Source of the DNA: Candidatus Heimdallarchaeota archaeon
Lineage (GTDB): Archaea > Asgardarchaeota > Heimdallarchaeia > Heimdallarchaeales > Heimdallarchaeaceae
Direction of reading: 5' to 3'
Length of the DNA stretch: 64,000 bases
Assembly (NCBI GenBank): GCA_021399345.1
Contig: JAAFKI010000045.1
Span: 115,228-179,227 of the forward strand
Position 1 is the first letter of the stretch; each line of letters starts with the position of its first letter. The position numbers were made by a program, and so were the translations under genes. Below, piece by piece: positions 27,520 to 37,272 of this stretch. The notes under the pieces are model-generated. The model was not told the DNA's origin. It did not search any database and saw nothing but the letters and a program-made list of their open reading frames with translations.

Positions 27520-29604
27520 ATGAGTAATCGTAGAGAGAGTGGAACCGAGATAGATGATTATATTTTTTGTTCCAAATGTGGGAAAATCATACCATCCAAT
27601 GCAAACAATGGAATCTGTACTAAATGCAATACACCTCTCAATCAACCTGTAGTTCATAAGCGATTAAATACGAATAAAGTGTGGGAAGAGTATTTTCCCT
27701 ATATTGAAGTCAGACCTCTTCAAAATCAAATTATAGAGAGTATTTCTGAAGAGAACAACAATCAAAAACATATAATTATTCAAGCTGCTAACGGTGTAGG
27801 TAAAACAATCGCTATTTTAACAGCTTTATTGCCAATCTGTATAAAGAAGAAGAAAACTATAGTTTACTGTTGCCGAACTCATCAACAAATGAGCAGGGTG
27901 ATAGAAGAACTAAAGATGATTAAACAGCTTAAACCTATTTCAGGAATAGCTCTAAGAGGGAGAAAGGAATTGTGTTTACATCCGATTATTCAGAAGTTTG
28001 CTTTAGATGCTGCGAATGCTGCAGATATTTGTAGATATCTAAAAAAAGAGAATAAGTGCAAATATTTCTCCAATACTGCTAAAACAGATATTAAAGCTAA
28101 AATAGAAAAGATAACAAAAGAACAAGTTCTAGATAGTTTGGAGATATTTGAAATTGGAAAATCCTTTGAAGTATGCCCATTTGAAATTTCGAAGAAAGTG
28201 ATACCAAATGTAAATGTTGTAGCAGCTAGTTATCAACATATTTTCAATCCGGGAGTACAAGCGAATTTTCTACAGAATTTGGATAAAGAATTAAAGAACA
28301 TCATATTAGTAATTGATGAAGCTCATAATTTACCTTCAACAGCTGTCGATATTAGCAGTAATAGCTTATCAAATTTTAGCATTGATAATGCTAAATCAGA
28401 AGCGATAAAATACAAGATGGGTGAAATTTATGACCTACTAGATGCTTTATCTTTAATACTAGTTGATGAAAGCTCTTCTTTAAAAATAAATGAAGAAATT
28501 AGTTTCAATCCTGCTGATTTTATTAAAAAAGTAGAAAAAAGTGCTGGTCAAAAAATTGATGAACAATTCCTAAAATCGCTTGACAGACTTGCGGATTTTG
28601 TCAAAGAAATGCAAGCTAAACAGAATAAAGCTCCTCTTTCTTACACATCTGCAGTTGTATCCTATCTCAATCGGCTTCTTGAAACAAAAACAAGAGATGA
28701 CTTTGCTCATTTCATTTTGAAAAAAGAATCAAAAACTGGAAATATAAGCTCAAAACTATTAACACAGTCGCTTGACCCTAGATCAATAACGAAAAATATT
28801 CTAGATAGCGTATATATGTCGGTTTCCTTATCAGGAACTTTAGATCCAATTGAAGCATATGCATCACTGATTGGACTTCAACTTGAAAATTTAAAGATTC
28901 TTAGTTTACCGTCTCCTTACAGAAAAGAAAACCATGTTACTTTGGTAGTTGATAAGATTTCATCAAAACTAGAAGATCGAATTCCTGCTACATTTTTAAA
29001 AATGTTGGAAGTAATTACAGAAACAGTCGAGTCAACACCAAAAAATATAGGTGTTTTCTGTGCAAGTTATGCCATTATGAGAAGTATCCTTGAAACAGGT
29101 CTTGAAAGAGCTATATCAAAGCCTCTTTTCATTGCTTATCAGGGAATGTCGTCTCGAGAAAACGATAAACTAGTTCAGGATTTTAAGAATGAATCCAAGA
29201 AGAAGGGGGGCGTTTTAATATCTGTTCTAGGTGGCAGATCATCTGAAGGAAGTGACTATCCAGGAGGTGAAATGCAGAGTGTAATTATTGTAGGAATTCC
29301 TTATGCAAGGCCAACTCCTACAGTCAAAGCCAGCATAGATTATTTGGAAAAGCAATTTCCAACCAAAGGTAGAGAGTTTGGCTACAATATTCCTGCAATT
29401 ACTAGAGCGGCTCAAGCAGCAGGAAGACCAATTAGAAGTTTAGAAGATTACGCAGTAATCATGTTACTTGACTATCGTTTTGCCAGACATTATTACAAAA
29501 AACATCTCCCTATATGGTTAAAGGATAACTTGCATCTGGTACAACCAGAAAAGGAAATTTTGCAATCTAAAATTAAACAATTCTATCAATATCATGGGGA
29601 CTAG
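27520..29604 (+). CDS. xpd: XPD/Rad3-family Fe-S DNA helicase with N-terminal zinc ribbon
   Basis: Walker A AANGVGKT, DEAH box VIDEAHNL, four Fe-S-domain Cys (ELCLHP, DICRYL, NKCKYF, EVCPFE), and C-terminal motifs GGRSSEGSDYPG and QAAGRPIRS. Extra N-terminal CSKCGK-x12-CTKCN. Confidence 0.9.
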   Translation: MSNRRESGTEIDDYIFCSKCGKIIPSNANNGICTKCNTPLNQPVVHKRLNTNKVWEEYFPYIEVRPLQNQIIESISEENNNQKHIIIQAANGVGKTIAILTALLPICIKKKKTIVYCCRTHQQMSRVIEELKMIKQLKPISGIALRGRKELCLHPIIQKFALDAANAADICRYLKKENKCKYFSNTAKTDIKAKIEKITKEQVLDSLEIFEIGKSFEVCPFEISKKVIPNVNVVAASYQHIFNPGVQANFLQNLDKELKNIILVIDEAHNLPSTAVDISSNSLSNFSIDNAKSEAIKYKMGEIYDLLDALSLILVDESSSLKINEEISFNPADFIKKVEKSAGQKIDEQFLKSLDRLADFVKEMQAKQNKAPLSYTSAVVSYLNRLLETKTRDDFAHFILKKESKTGNISSKLLTQSLDPRSITKNILDSVYMSVSLSGTLDPIEAYASLIGLQLENLKILSLPSPYRKENHVTLVVDKISSKLEDRIPATFLKMLEVITETVESTPKNIGVFCASYAIMRSILETGLERAISKPLFIAYQGMSSRENDKLVQDFKNESKKKGGVLISVLGGRSSEGSDYPGGEMQSVIIVGIPYARPTPTVKASIDYLEKQFPTKGREFGYNIPAITRAAQAAGRPIRSLEDYAVIMLLDYRFARHYYKKHLPIWLKDNLHLVQPEKEILQSKIKQFYQYHGD

Positions 29605-30115
29605 TATCCCATCTTTTAGGAAATTGAGAAACTATTTTAAGACTCATAACCAAACAGCAGATATGAAGGTCATTTATGAAATAAAAAACACAAGTGAGTT
29701 TCTCAATCAATTATATCTGATTGCTCAGAAATATGGAGCACATGTCTCAAAACAAGATGAAGGACCGGGTCACTTTATTTTCATCAAATCAAGACTTAAA
29801 ATAGCTGGAAAACTGAGAGATAACAAACAATTTGCATATGTTTGGGGAGCTACTGAGGAAGATCTTTCTTTTCTGAATTCTTTTTGGGGAGAACCAGATC
29901 AAATTATAGAACTAAAAATGACACCTCTTGAATTTGCATTCGAATTAATCGAAATTCCTCAAGCAGAAGCACTTACTGTTGAAGAAATAATGCAGATAAT
30001 GGAGATAACTGAAAAAGATTTTAAGCAATACTCAAGATATATTAAAATGGCTTCAAGAAAATCTGATATCTCCGAAGATGTAAAGCGAGCAAATACAATT
30101 TTAGAAAATCTGTAG
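29594..30115 (+). CDS. hypothetical protein overlapping the xpd 3' end
   Basis: 173-aa ORF; its ATG overlaps the last 11 nt of xpd (alternative ATG at 29663). No recognised motif. Confidence 0.55.
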   Translation: MGTSIPSFRKLRNYFKTHNQTADMKVIYEIKNTSEFLNQLYLIAQKYGAHVSKQDEGPGHFIFIKSRLKIAGKLRDNKQFAYVWGATEEDLSFLNSFWGEPDQIIELKMTPLEFAFELIEIPQAEALTVEEIMQIMEITEKDFKQYSRYIKMASRKSDISEDVKRANTILENL

Positions 30116-30173
30116 AAAATCTGATTCGGTTTAGACGATATATATTTATTAAGCATAATTTGTATGTATAGAT

Positions 30174-32213
30174 ATGATTAGAAAAAAACAAATTATCTTT
30201 TTAGCAATTTTGTCGTTACTTTTACCAGCATTTGTTCCATTTAGTGCAAATCAACAAGTACTTGTTGCTTCAAATTTTGCTAATAATTTAAGTGATATTT
30301 CTCTGGATGCCATTACAACAGAAACATTTTCAGGAATAACAAATATTACTACTTTTGTAGGACCAGATAATGCTCATGAAATTGTAATAAATTCCATTAA
30401 TAATGCACAATCAACCTTCTATCTTGAAGTTTATACATTGTCAAGTGAATCTTTAATAAATGAGCTTATTGCAGCTCATGGTAGAGGAGTCACAGTTATT
30501 GTACAACTTTCAGATGACCGTGTTAACAGCTATGAAGATGAATATACCGAAGAAGCTGCATGGAGACTAGATAATGCAGGAATTGATGTTTACTGGACAA
30601 GTAGTTCTTTCACTTTCACACATGCTAAATTCTGGATTGTGGATAGTCAAGAAGTTTATGTATACTCAGGAAACTGGGCTCCTTCAAGTATGCCTGAATC
30701 TCCTGAAGCAAGAACTAATAGAGAGATGGGATTTATTTTCAATGATGTTGCAATTGCATCATACTTTGAAGACGTCTTCATTGATGATGGGTTGATTTCT
30801 ACTGCATACGATTCTGCAATTGGACATACTGGAAATCTTCAAGCTCCTGAAACTAGTGGAACTTATGAACATCCATTTTCTCCATCTATCTTCGTAGAGT
30901 ATGCTGAAGTAACACCAATTTTCTCTCCAGATAACAGTTTTGAATTACTTTCTAACTTAATTCAATCAGCAACTACTAGTATCGATTTAGAACTTCAATA
31001 TATCAAGTTTGATTGTGATTTACTCTATGATGTTATTGATGCTGCACTAAGAGGGGTTTCAATAAGAGTTCTAATACCAGAACCTGACTCATCAACCGGA
31101 AATGTTACAGAAACTTTGATCAACAGTGGTGTTCAAGTTAAGTTTTTCAAAGGTATGTATGATCATAACAAATATGTTTCTGTTGATGGTGAAACTGTCC
31201 AAGTTTCAAGTATCAATTGGTCTAACAATTCAATTGAAAATAACAGAGAAGCAGGAGCTATTGTAAAAAATGCTAATATTGCAGCATATTTCAAAGAAGT
31301 ATTTGATTATGATTGGACTAATGGTGAAACACCTGTTGGTTTTGCAGCTCCAGTAGCTTTAGTATCTCCAAAAGTTGGAGGAATAGCTTCAGGAAACTAC
31401 CTGTTCCAAGCATCATTTGCAATTAATACATACACCTCTGGAGAGCTTTTCATTGATGGTACATCGGTTCATATCTGGAGTAATCCAACTGGAATAGTCA
31501 GTACAAGCATCAATACTGAAACATATACCCATGGTATCCACAATATCAAAGTTTTAGGAACTCCTACTGTGGGAGATCCTATTGAAGTTGTTAAAAAGAT
31601 TAACATAATCAATGAAGCAGGATGGAAAATATTCATCACTGAAATTCGTTATGATGCTGACGATGAACCTGAAGGGGAATTTGTTGAGATTTATAATGCG
31701 TTTGATTTTGATATTTACCTTGAAAACTGGAAACTAACGGATAGTGAGGGAAATTATATCCTACCAGAAGGGGCACAAATTGATGCAGATGACATATTGA
31801 TATTTGCATATGATAAAGCAATATATCTAAGTGAGATGACAGCATTAGGTGTTACAGCTCCAGCTGCTGATTACAATTTAGGTGACATTCAACTAGCTAA
31901 TACAGGAGATGATCTTAGCTTAAAAGATCCATCAGATGCTACAAAGGATGCTGTTGCTTGGGGATCTGGAAGTGTAGCAGGTGTTGTTGCATGGTCAGGC
32001 TCTACTACAGATGCAGATAAAACTTTACAAAGAGATCCTGCGAATGAGGACACAAATAATTGTAACACAGATTTCATAGTAGATACTCCAAATCCAGGAG
32101 CTGTATATGTTAGTACTCCACCTGACACAGGTTATACTTCATATGAGTTTGTATTGCCTGTGATTGGAATAGTAGGTTTAGCTGTACTACTTTTAAGAAG
32201 AAGAAAAAGGTAA
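30174..32213 (+). CDS. secreted phospholipase D-superfamily protein (two HKD motifs) with Ig-like middle region, lamin-tail domain (LTD) and C-terminal TM anchor
   Basis: Signal peptide MIRKKQIIFLAILSLLLPAFVPFSA. HKD 1 HAKFWIVDSQEVYVYSGNW; HKD 2 HNKYVSVDGETVQVSSINWS. LTD pattern ITEIRYDADDEPEGEFVEIYNAFDFDIYLENWKLTDSEGN...LANTGDDLSLKDPSDATKDAVAWG (~31630-32000). Tail VLPVIGIVGLAVLLLRRRKR. Confidence 0.85.
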   Translation: MIRKKQIIFLAILSLLLPAFVPFSANQQVLVASNFANNLSDISLDAITTETFSGITNITTFVGPDNAHEIVINSINNAQSTFYLEVYTLSSESLINELIAAHGRGVTVIVQLSDDRVNSYEDEYTEEAAWRLDNAGIDVYWTSSSFTFTHAKFWIVDSQEVYVYSGNWAPSSMPESPEARTNREMGFIFNDVAIASYFEDVFIDDGLISTAYDSAIGHTGNLQAPETSGTYEHPFSPSIFVEYAEVTPIFSPDNSFELLSNLIQSATTSIDLELQYIKFDCDLLYDVIDAALRGVSIRVLIPEPDSSTGNVTETLINSGVQVKFFKGMYDHNKYVSVDGETVQVSSINWSNNSIENNREAGAIVKNANIAAYFKEVFDYDWTNGETPVGFAAPVALVSPKVGGIASGNYLFQASFAINTYTSGELFIDGTSVHIWSNPTGIVSTSINTETYTHGIHNIKVLGTPTVGDPIEVVKKINIINEAGWKIFITEIRYDADDEPEGEFVEIYNAFDFDIYLENWKLTDSEGNYILPEGAQIDADDILIFAYDKAIYLSEMTALGVTAPAADYNLGDIQLANTGDDLSLKDPSDATKDAVAWGSGSVAGVVAWSGSTTDADKTLQRDPANEDTNNCNTDFIVDTPNPGAVYVSTPPDTGYTSYEFVLPVIGIVGLAVLLLRRRKR

Positions 32214-32217
32214 TTCC

Positions 32218-32246
32218 TTTTTCATTTTTTATTTTTTGGACTTTTT
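32218..32246 (+). terminator. cluster of T5-T6 tracts after the PLD-LTD gene
   Basis: tttttcattttttattttttggacttttt begins 5 nt after the TAA stop. Confidence 0.45.
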
Positions 32247-32252
32247 ATATTA
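32245..32252 (+). promoter_or_regulatory. TATA-box-like element for the Y-family polymerase gene (leaderless geometry)
   Basis: ttatatta is centred ~26 bp upstream of the ATG at 32274, the canonical archaeal TATA-to-TSS distance. This implies a leaderless mRNA. Confidence 0.4.
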
Positions 32253-32273
32253 AAAAGACTATAATTCAATAAT

Positions 32274-33404
32274 ATGACACTTGCTAATCAAGTCGTTTAT
32301 TTCTCAGAGAAGGAACAAACATTTGATTCTATCATACTGTATATGGATTTAGATGCTTTTTTTGCTTCTGTTGAAATAAGAGATAATCCTAGTTTAGCAG
32401 ATAAACCTCTAGTTGTTGGAGGAAATCCAAAAACAAAGCAAGGTGTCGTTAGTACTTGTAACTATAATGCAAGAAAATATGGTATTCATTCAGGTATGCC
32501 AATATCACAAGCACTAAGATTATGTCCACATCTAACAATGGTTAGAGGGTCATATAAGCTGTATAGTGAAGTTTCAAAGAGTATTATGAATATAGTAAAA
32601 CATTATTCCCCTACTATGAAAGTAGCAGGTAATGATGAAGCTTATCTTGATTTAACTGAAATAGCATCCGATTATGAAGAAGCAAGAAGACTTGCTGTGG
32701 AATTAAAGGATGACATTTATGCGACAGAACGTTTAACTTGTTCAATAGGTATTGCTCCTACAAAAATACTGGCAAAAATCGCTTCTGAAACAGATAAACC
32801 TGATGGATTAATTGTTGTAAAACCTCTAGAGATTACAGAATTTATGGAACCTCTCAAAATTACCATCATACCTGGAGTAGGAAAAAAAAGTGCTGAATCT
32901 TTCAGTAGGAAAAATATATACACATGTGGTGATTTAGCCAAATTACCATACCAGTTAGTCTACCAGAAATTTGGTAAATATGGACTTAAAACATGGAAAC
33001 TGGTAAATGGTTTCAATACTGAAAATACTCAAGAAAAATTCTTATCTAGTGAAAGGAAATCAATTAGTGAAGAGAGAACTTTCTTTGATAGATACCAAAA
33101 ATGGGAAAATATTTGGGTACAAATTGATTCTTCCATTGACACAATTATAGCAAGAATGAAAGTTAAAAACATGAGTTTTAAAACTATAACTCTTAAAATT
33201 CGTTTTAAAAACTTCGAAACCTATACTAGATCACATTCTCTATCCAGTTACAATATCACAGAAAAACTTGTTAGGACTGTTGTCCAGAAACTTTTAGAAG
33301 AATTTGAAAACAAAAAACCTGAAGATATAAGACTGATAGGGGTTAAAATATCTAATTTAAGAAAAATAGATAATAATCAAAAAACTTTAACACAATTTTT
33401 TTAA
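32274..33404 (+). CDS. dinB: Y-family DNA polymerase IV (Dpo4/DinB)
   Basis: MDLDAFFASVE (catalytic Asp), SIGIAPTKILAKIASE, and GVGKK in the thumb HhH. 376 aa. Confidence 0.92.
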   Translation: MTLANQVVYFSEKEQTFDSIILYMDLDAFFASVEIRDNPSLADKPLVVGGNPKTKQGVVSTCNYNARKYGIHSGMPISQALRLCPHLTMVRGSYKLYSEVSKSIMNIVKHYSPTMKVAGNDEAYLDLTEIASDYEEARRLAVELKDDIYATERLTCSIGIAPTKILAKIASETDKPDGLIVVKPLEITEFMEPLKITIIPGVGKKSAESFSRKNIYTCGDLAKLPYQLVYQKFGKYGLKTWKLVNGFNTENTQEKFLSSERKSISEERTFFDRYQKWENIWVQIDSSIDTIIARMKVKNMSFKTITLKIRFKNFETYTRSHSLSSYNITEKLVRTVVQKLLEEFENKKPEDIRLIGVKISNLRKIDNNQKTLTQFF

Positions 33405-33438
33405 TACTGTTATGTAAGTATTAAAGAAAGGAAAAATC

Positions 33439-34791
33439 ATGTCGACTGAAATTCCTGACTGGTTTGTTTTAAAAGACCCTGGAGACATATCTTTAGATGT
33501 TGAAAGTTGGAATAAGTATGCCAATACACGCTTAGACCGTCTTATTTCGGAAGATCTATGGATAATAACTCAACCTTCATGGATGTCTGAAGATGAATGG
33601 TTTCAGTCGAAAGTAGAGGAATTTGGAGGACACACTTCACTTAAACTTGCAGTTTCCCAAGATCCAAGATTAACATCCTGGTTAATAGAGGTTGAGGGGG
33701 ATCTATTTGAATTCCGTTTTATCAGTAGTCCAAGTTTTGAACAAAAAATAAGTGTGTTAAAAGAACTTTATTCTCAAGAAAATGTTAAATTAATCAGTGA
33801 AATTAATAGCATGTTTAGTATAGATATTTTCAGAAAATTCAATATTGCAGAAGTTGATACAAGATCTGTAAAATACGCTAAAAGCAAATATGGAACAAGC
33901 GCCACTGACCTTAACAGAAAAGTAGCTATTCATTATACAAAAATCCCCTCAATAGTTTCAGCAAAAAGAGTACTTCTCTACAAAGGATGGGGAATTGTCA
34001 CACTTGCAGACATACGCCTCGCAGTTAAAAGAGAGTTTGAGAAACAGCTGAGAGAGGTTATTGAGAGATCAAAAGAACTTGTCGAACAAGATGAAGGATT
34101 AAAAAATGCCATTAAACCTATATTTGACAGAGTAGAAGAAATTGCACGATCCACAAGATTATCAAAAGATTTCCTAAGTTTAGGTTTAGATGAGGGAGTT
34201 GAAATCCTTTCTAAACCTGAATTATTTCCACCTTGTATTCAGGAACTAATTGGAATTCTTAAATCAGAAGGTCATCTGGCTCATTTAGAAAATTGGCAGT
34301 TAGGAACTTTTTTAAAAAGAGCTGGCATGGCTGTTGAAGAACAACAGAGATTTTGGTATGAAAGCTCAGTAGACAATATTGGAATTTCTTTTGAGGAATT
34401 TAAACAGAAGGTAAACTATCAGATTCTACATATTTATGGTAAAGTTGGTCGTGAAGTCGATTACAACCCTCCAAGTTGTAAAACTTGTATCAACAATTAT
34501 TATTGTTACTGGGCACATAAAGAAAGTGCCAAAATTATAGAAGACATAAAAACCCGTTTTGAAGACAGAAAGGGAGAAGTTGTTGAAACGGCAATAGAAG
34601 ATATTTCTAAATTATTAAATGGTCAACAGTATCAAAGAGCATGTGCGAGATATTTCACATTATTAACAGGTTGGACTGTTCGAGGAAATCACATTAATCA
34701 AATGATAAGTTTCACCAGACAAGCCTACAAGAGATTCTATGCAAAGAAAAAGGAAGAAAAAGAAGTAAAGGAGAGTAATGAAGATGAGTGA
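33439..34791 (+). CDS. priL: DNA primase large subunit PriL
   Basis: Fe-S ligand contexts FPPCIQELI and PPSCKTCINNYYCYWAH. Sits immediately upstream of, and overlaps, priS. 450 aa. Confidence 0.85.
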   Translation: MSTEIPDWFVLKDPGDISLDVESWNKYANTRLDRLISEDLWIITQPSWMSEDEWFQSKVEEFGGHTSLKLAVSQDPRLTSWLIEVEGDLFEFRFISSPSFEQKISVLKELYSQENVKLISEINSMFSIDIFRKFNIAEVDTRSVKYAKSKYGTSATDLNRKVAIHYTKIPSIVSAKRVLLYKGWGIVTLADIRLAVKREFEKQLREVIERSKELVEQDEGLKNAIKPIFDRVEEIARSTRLSKDFLSLGLDEGVEILSKPELFPPCIQELIGILKSEGHLAHLENWQLGTFLKRAGMAVEEQQRFWYESSVDNIGISFEEFKQKVNYQILHIYGKVGREVDYNPPSCKTCINNYYCYWAHKESAKIIEDIKTRFEDRKGEVVETAIEDISKLLNGQQYQRACARYFTLLTGWTVRGNHINQMISFTRQAYKRFYAKKKEEKEVKESNEDE

Positions 34792-35944
34792 GGAAGTTAC
34801 ATCAGAATTACTGTCTGAATATTATGATAAGAAATTTCCTATGGAAAGTTTCATGTCTTATCTAGGTTCGCCTGATTTTCAAAATAGAGAATTTGGCTTT
34901 GTTGTTAATGAAAGATTTACGAGAAACATATCTTTTGAAAATACAAAAAAATTAAGAGACTTTATGGTTTCCAATTCAGTTCAACATGCTTATGTAGGTT
35001 CAGTATATGAAAAGCCACCTTCCAGAGATAATAGAATACATTCTATCAAATGGAAGTATAGAGAATTTATTTTTGACATTGATATCAATGAATATGATTT
35101 AGTAAGATCATGTGACTGTGGCAAATACGACTATTGTAAAATTTGCTGGCCTTTAGTTCAAGATGCAGTTATATTTATTGAAGAAACTATGAAAGAAGAT
35201 TTTGGTTTTAAGGAGATGAAATGGTTCTTTTCGGGTAGAAGAGGAGTACATGGATGGGTAGTGGATAAAGAATCGAAGTTTCTAAACAATGAACAAAGAG
35301 TTTCAATTTTGAACTATTTAACTTTCATACATGACGAAACTAGATCTCAATCTATTGAAGAAATTCCTAATGAAGCAAAACCTCTCAGAAACAGAATTTT
35401 TTCTCTTTTAGTTAAACCTTACATTGAGCACTCTTTTCTTGTGGATTTGGATAACCCTATCTTACACTGTCAAAGTTGTAAATCAAAATTTAGAGCTTAT
35501 GAATTAGTAGAAGAAGTAACAGGAAGAAAAGCAGAAGGTTTAAGGTTTAGTACACTAAACAAAAGAATTCAAGATAGCAATATAAAATGCAAATACTGTT
35601 CTGGAGAACTAGAAAATATAACAAAATTAGAAATTGAAGATTTTGGATTAACAGAACTTAAGGCTAGAAAAATAATAACTCAAGTTAAGGAAGCTACTTC
35701 TTTTGATCATAATCAATATAACATTATAATGCCAAATGAGTGGAAAGTAAGAAGGAAAATGTCAAATGACATAATCTTGAACAGATACCCTAGAATTGAT
35801 AGAGTTGTATCTACAGACATTAAAAGAGTAAGCAGAATGCCCTATTCAATTCATGGGAATACTGGAAAAATAGTTATTGAAATAAAGGACATAGATAGTT
35901 TTTACCCTGATTCTACACCAAATATTTGGGAAGCTTTAATGTGA
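34778..35944 (+). CDS. priS: DNA primase small (catalytic) subunit PriS
   Basis: Catalytic EFIFDIDINEYD (DxD), FSGRRGVHGWV, zinc knuckle CDCGKYDYCKICW, and C-terminal RMPYSIHGNTGK. Overlaps priL by 14 nt. Confidence 0.9.
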   Translation: MKMSEEVTSELLSEYYDKKFPMESFMSYLGSPDFQNREFGFVVNERFTRNISFENTKKLRDFMVSNSVQHAYVGSVYEKPPSRDNRIHSIKWKYREFIFDIDINEYDLVRSCDCGKYDYCKICWPLVQDAVIFIEETMKEDFGFKEMKWFFSGRRGVHGWVVDKESKFLNNEQRVSILNYLTFIHDETRSQSIEEIPNEAKPLRNRIFSLLVKPYIEHSFLVDLDNPILHCQSCKSKFRAYELVEEVTGRKAEGLRFSTLNKRIQDSNIKCKYCSGELENITKLEIEDFGLTELKARKIITQVKEATSFDHNQYNIIMPNEWKVRRKMSNDIILNRYPRIDRVVSTDIKRVSRMPYSIHGNTGKIVIEIKDIDSFYPDSTPNIWEALM

Positions 35945-35961
35945 AAGAAGAAGATTTCTAA

Positions 35962-37152
35962 TTAGAAATCTGCATGTAAAAATGGCAATTTTTGTGGAAA
36001 GAGTTTCTTTAGTTTTAGTTTATTTTCTTCTGATAAATCTCCCCATTTTTTGAAAGGAAAGTCATCCAAATTATAACAACCATAGATTATGGCAGATAAT
36101 CCTTGTATTGTTAACTCACAATCATGGTGATCAGTTTCATTTACATTCAGAATACCATCTTTGTTTTCAAACAAGTATGTTTTGTTATTCCATTCACATT
36201 GCTCATCTTTGATTTTCATTGAAATGGACCCTTCTCCAACATGGATGCCAGAAATTTGGTCTACAATTACAACTCGACCCATAGGGGAAGGCACCCATTC
36301 TCTGCTGATTATTTTTCCCTTAGAACCCCAAAATGTATCATTAAACCAAATTTCAGGAAAATCTCCAGGAAGAACGGGGAGATGAATTTCATTAACTTGG
36401 TCAGCGTGATGAGCTAGCCATTGTAGTAACAAATATTTGCCTTGAGAATTATCAAAATAAAAATGTCTAATTTTAATTTCCTTCCAAAATCCAGTGATTT
36501 TATAGGTCATGATTCCTATAACCTCACCATTATTCTTTTTTGCAATAGCAAGCCAGTAAGTAGCTTCATCTTTCATCCTAGCTTGTTCAGTGTCATGTTT
36601 TATTCCCATTCCATGAGTTTTAAGCTGAAACTTCTTAATGTAATCAAGATATACATCAATTCCTTCTTTGATATTGATCCTCTCTACAGTGCCGTCTAGT
36701 TCTTCTTTGATTATAGGAACCAAAGATTGAGGAGAGAAAACAGCTGTTCTTATTTGAGGAAAACTAATGTATCCTAATCTTTCATAAAACTCCTCTTTGA
36801 AAGGATATAAGGTAGAAAATACTTGTTCTTTTTCTTTCATCTTTTTGAATGAAAAATCCATTAATTTCTTAGCATATCCTTTTCTTCTAGCTTCAGGATT
36901 AGTAACGACTTCTGCGACTCCACACATTTTTTTAATTGTTCCTCGAACATTTTGCATGATAGGTTTGAGCATTAATCCCGAAACGGGCTTATTGTTCTCA
37001 TAAATTGCATAACATAAATCCTCTTTGAAATAGTGTTTGTTTTTAAGTAATCTTTCAATGTCCCCAGGAGTTGTAAAAAAAGCATAGAAAACCATTTCGA
37101 GTAATGGATCTAATTCATCCCCTGATACCTCCTTAATTTCAACATCTTTCAT
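35962..37152 (-). CDS. Eis-like GNAT acetyltransferase (GNAT + second GNAT-like + SCP2-like C-terminus)
   Basis: Acetyl-CoA motif A in GVAEVVTNPEARRKGYAKKLM. The ~400-aa length and three-part layout are typical of the COG4552/Eis family. Confidence 0.7.
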   Translation of the reverse strand: MKDVEIKEVSGDELDPLLEMVFYAFFTTPGDIERLLKNKHYFKEDLCYAIYENNKPVSGLMLKPIMQNVRGTIKKMCGVAEVVTNPEARRKGYAKKLMDFSFKKMKEKEQVFSTLYPFKEEFYERLGYISFPQIRTAVFSPQSLVPIIKEELDGTVERINIKEGIDVYLDYIKKFQLKTHGMGIKHDTEQARMKDEATYWLAIAKKNNGEVIGIMTYKITGFWKEIKIRHFYFDNSQGKYLLLQWLAHHADQVNEIHLPVLPGDFPEIWFNDTFWGSKGKIISREWVPSPMGRVVIVDQISGIHVGEGSISMKIKDEQCEWNNKTYLFENKDGILNVNETDHHDCELTIQGLSAIIYGCYNLDDFPFKKWGDLSEENKLKLKKLFPQKLPFLHADF

Positions 37153-37272
37153 AATAGAAGGCGGGAAAAGGCGCTTAAAAGAGTTTTGTAGCCAATATGA
37201 TTATTATGGGAAAATTTCCTATTGATACAAAATTTTATTATATTTGGGTTGGTTTTGGGATTTAGAGTAATA

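Noticed and set aside
27436-27657. 73-aa reverse-strand ORF spanning the xpd start and part of the 320-bp TPR-xpd spacer.
   Set aside because: It overlaps the well-supported xpd N-terminus (zinc ribbon), has no motif, and has no promoter-like context of its own.
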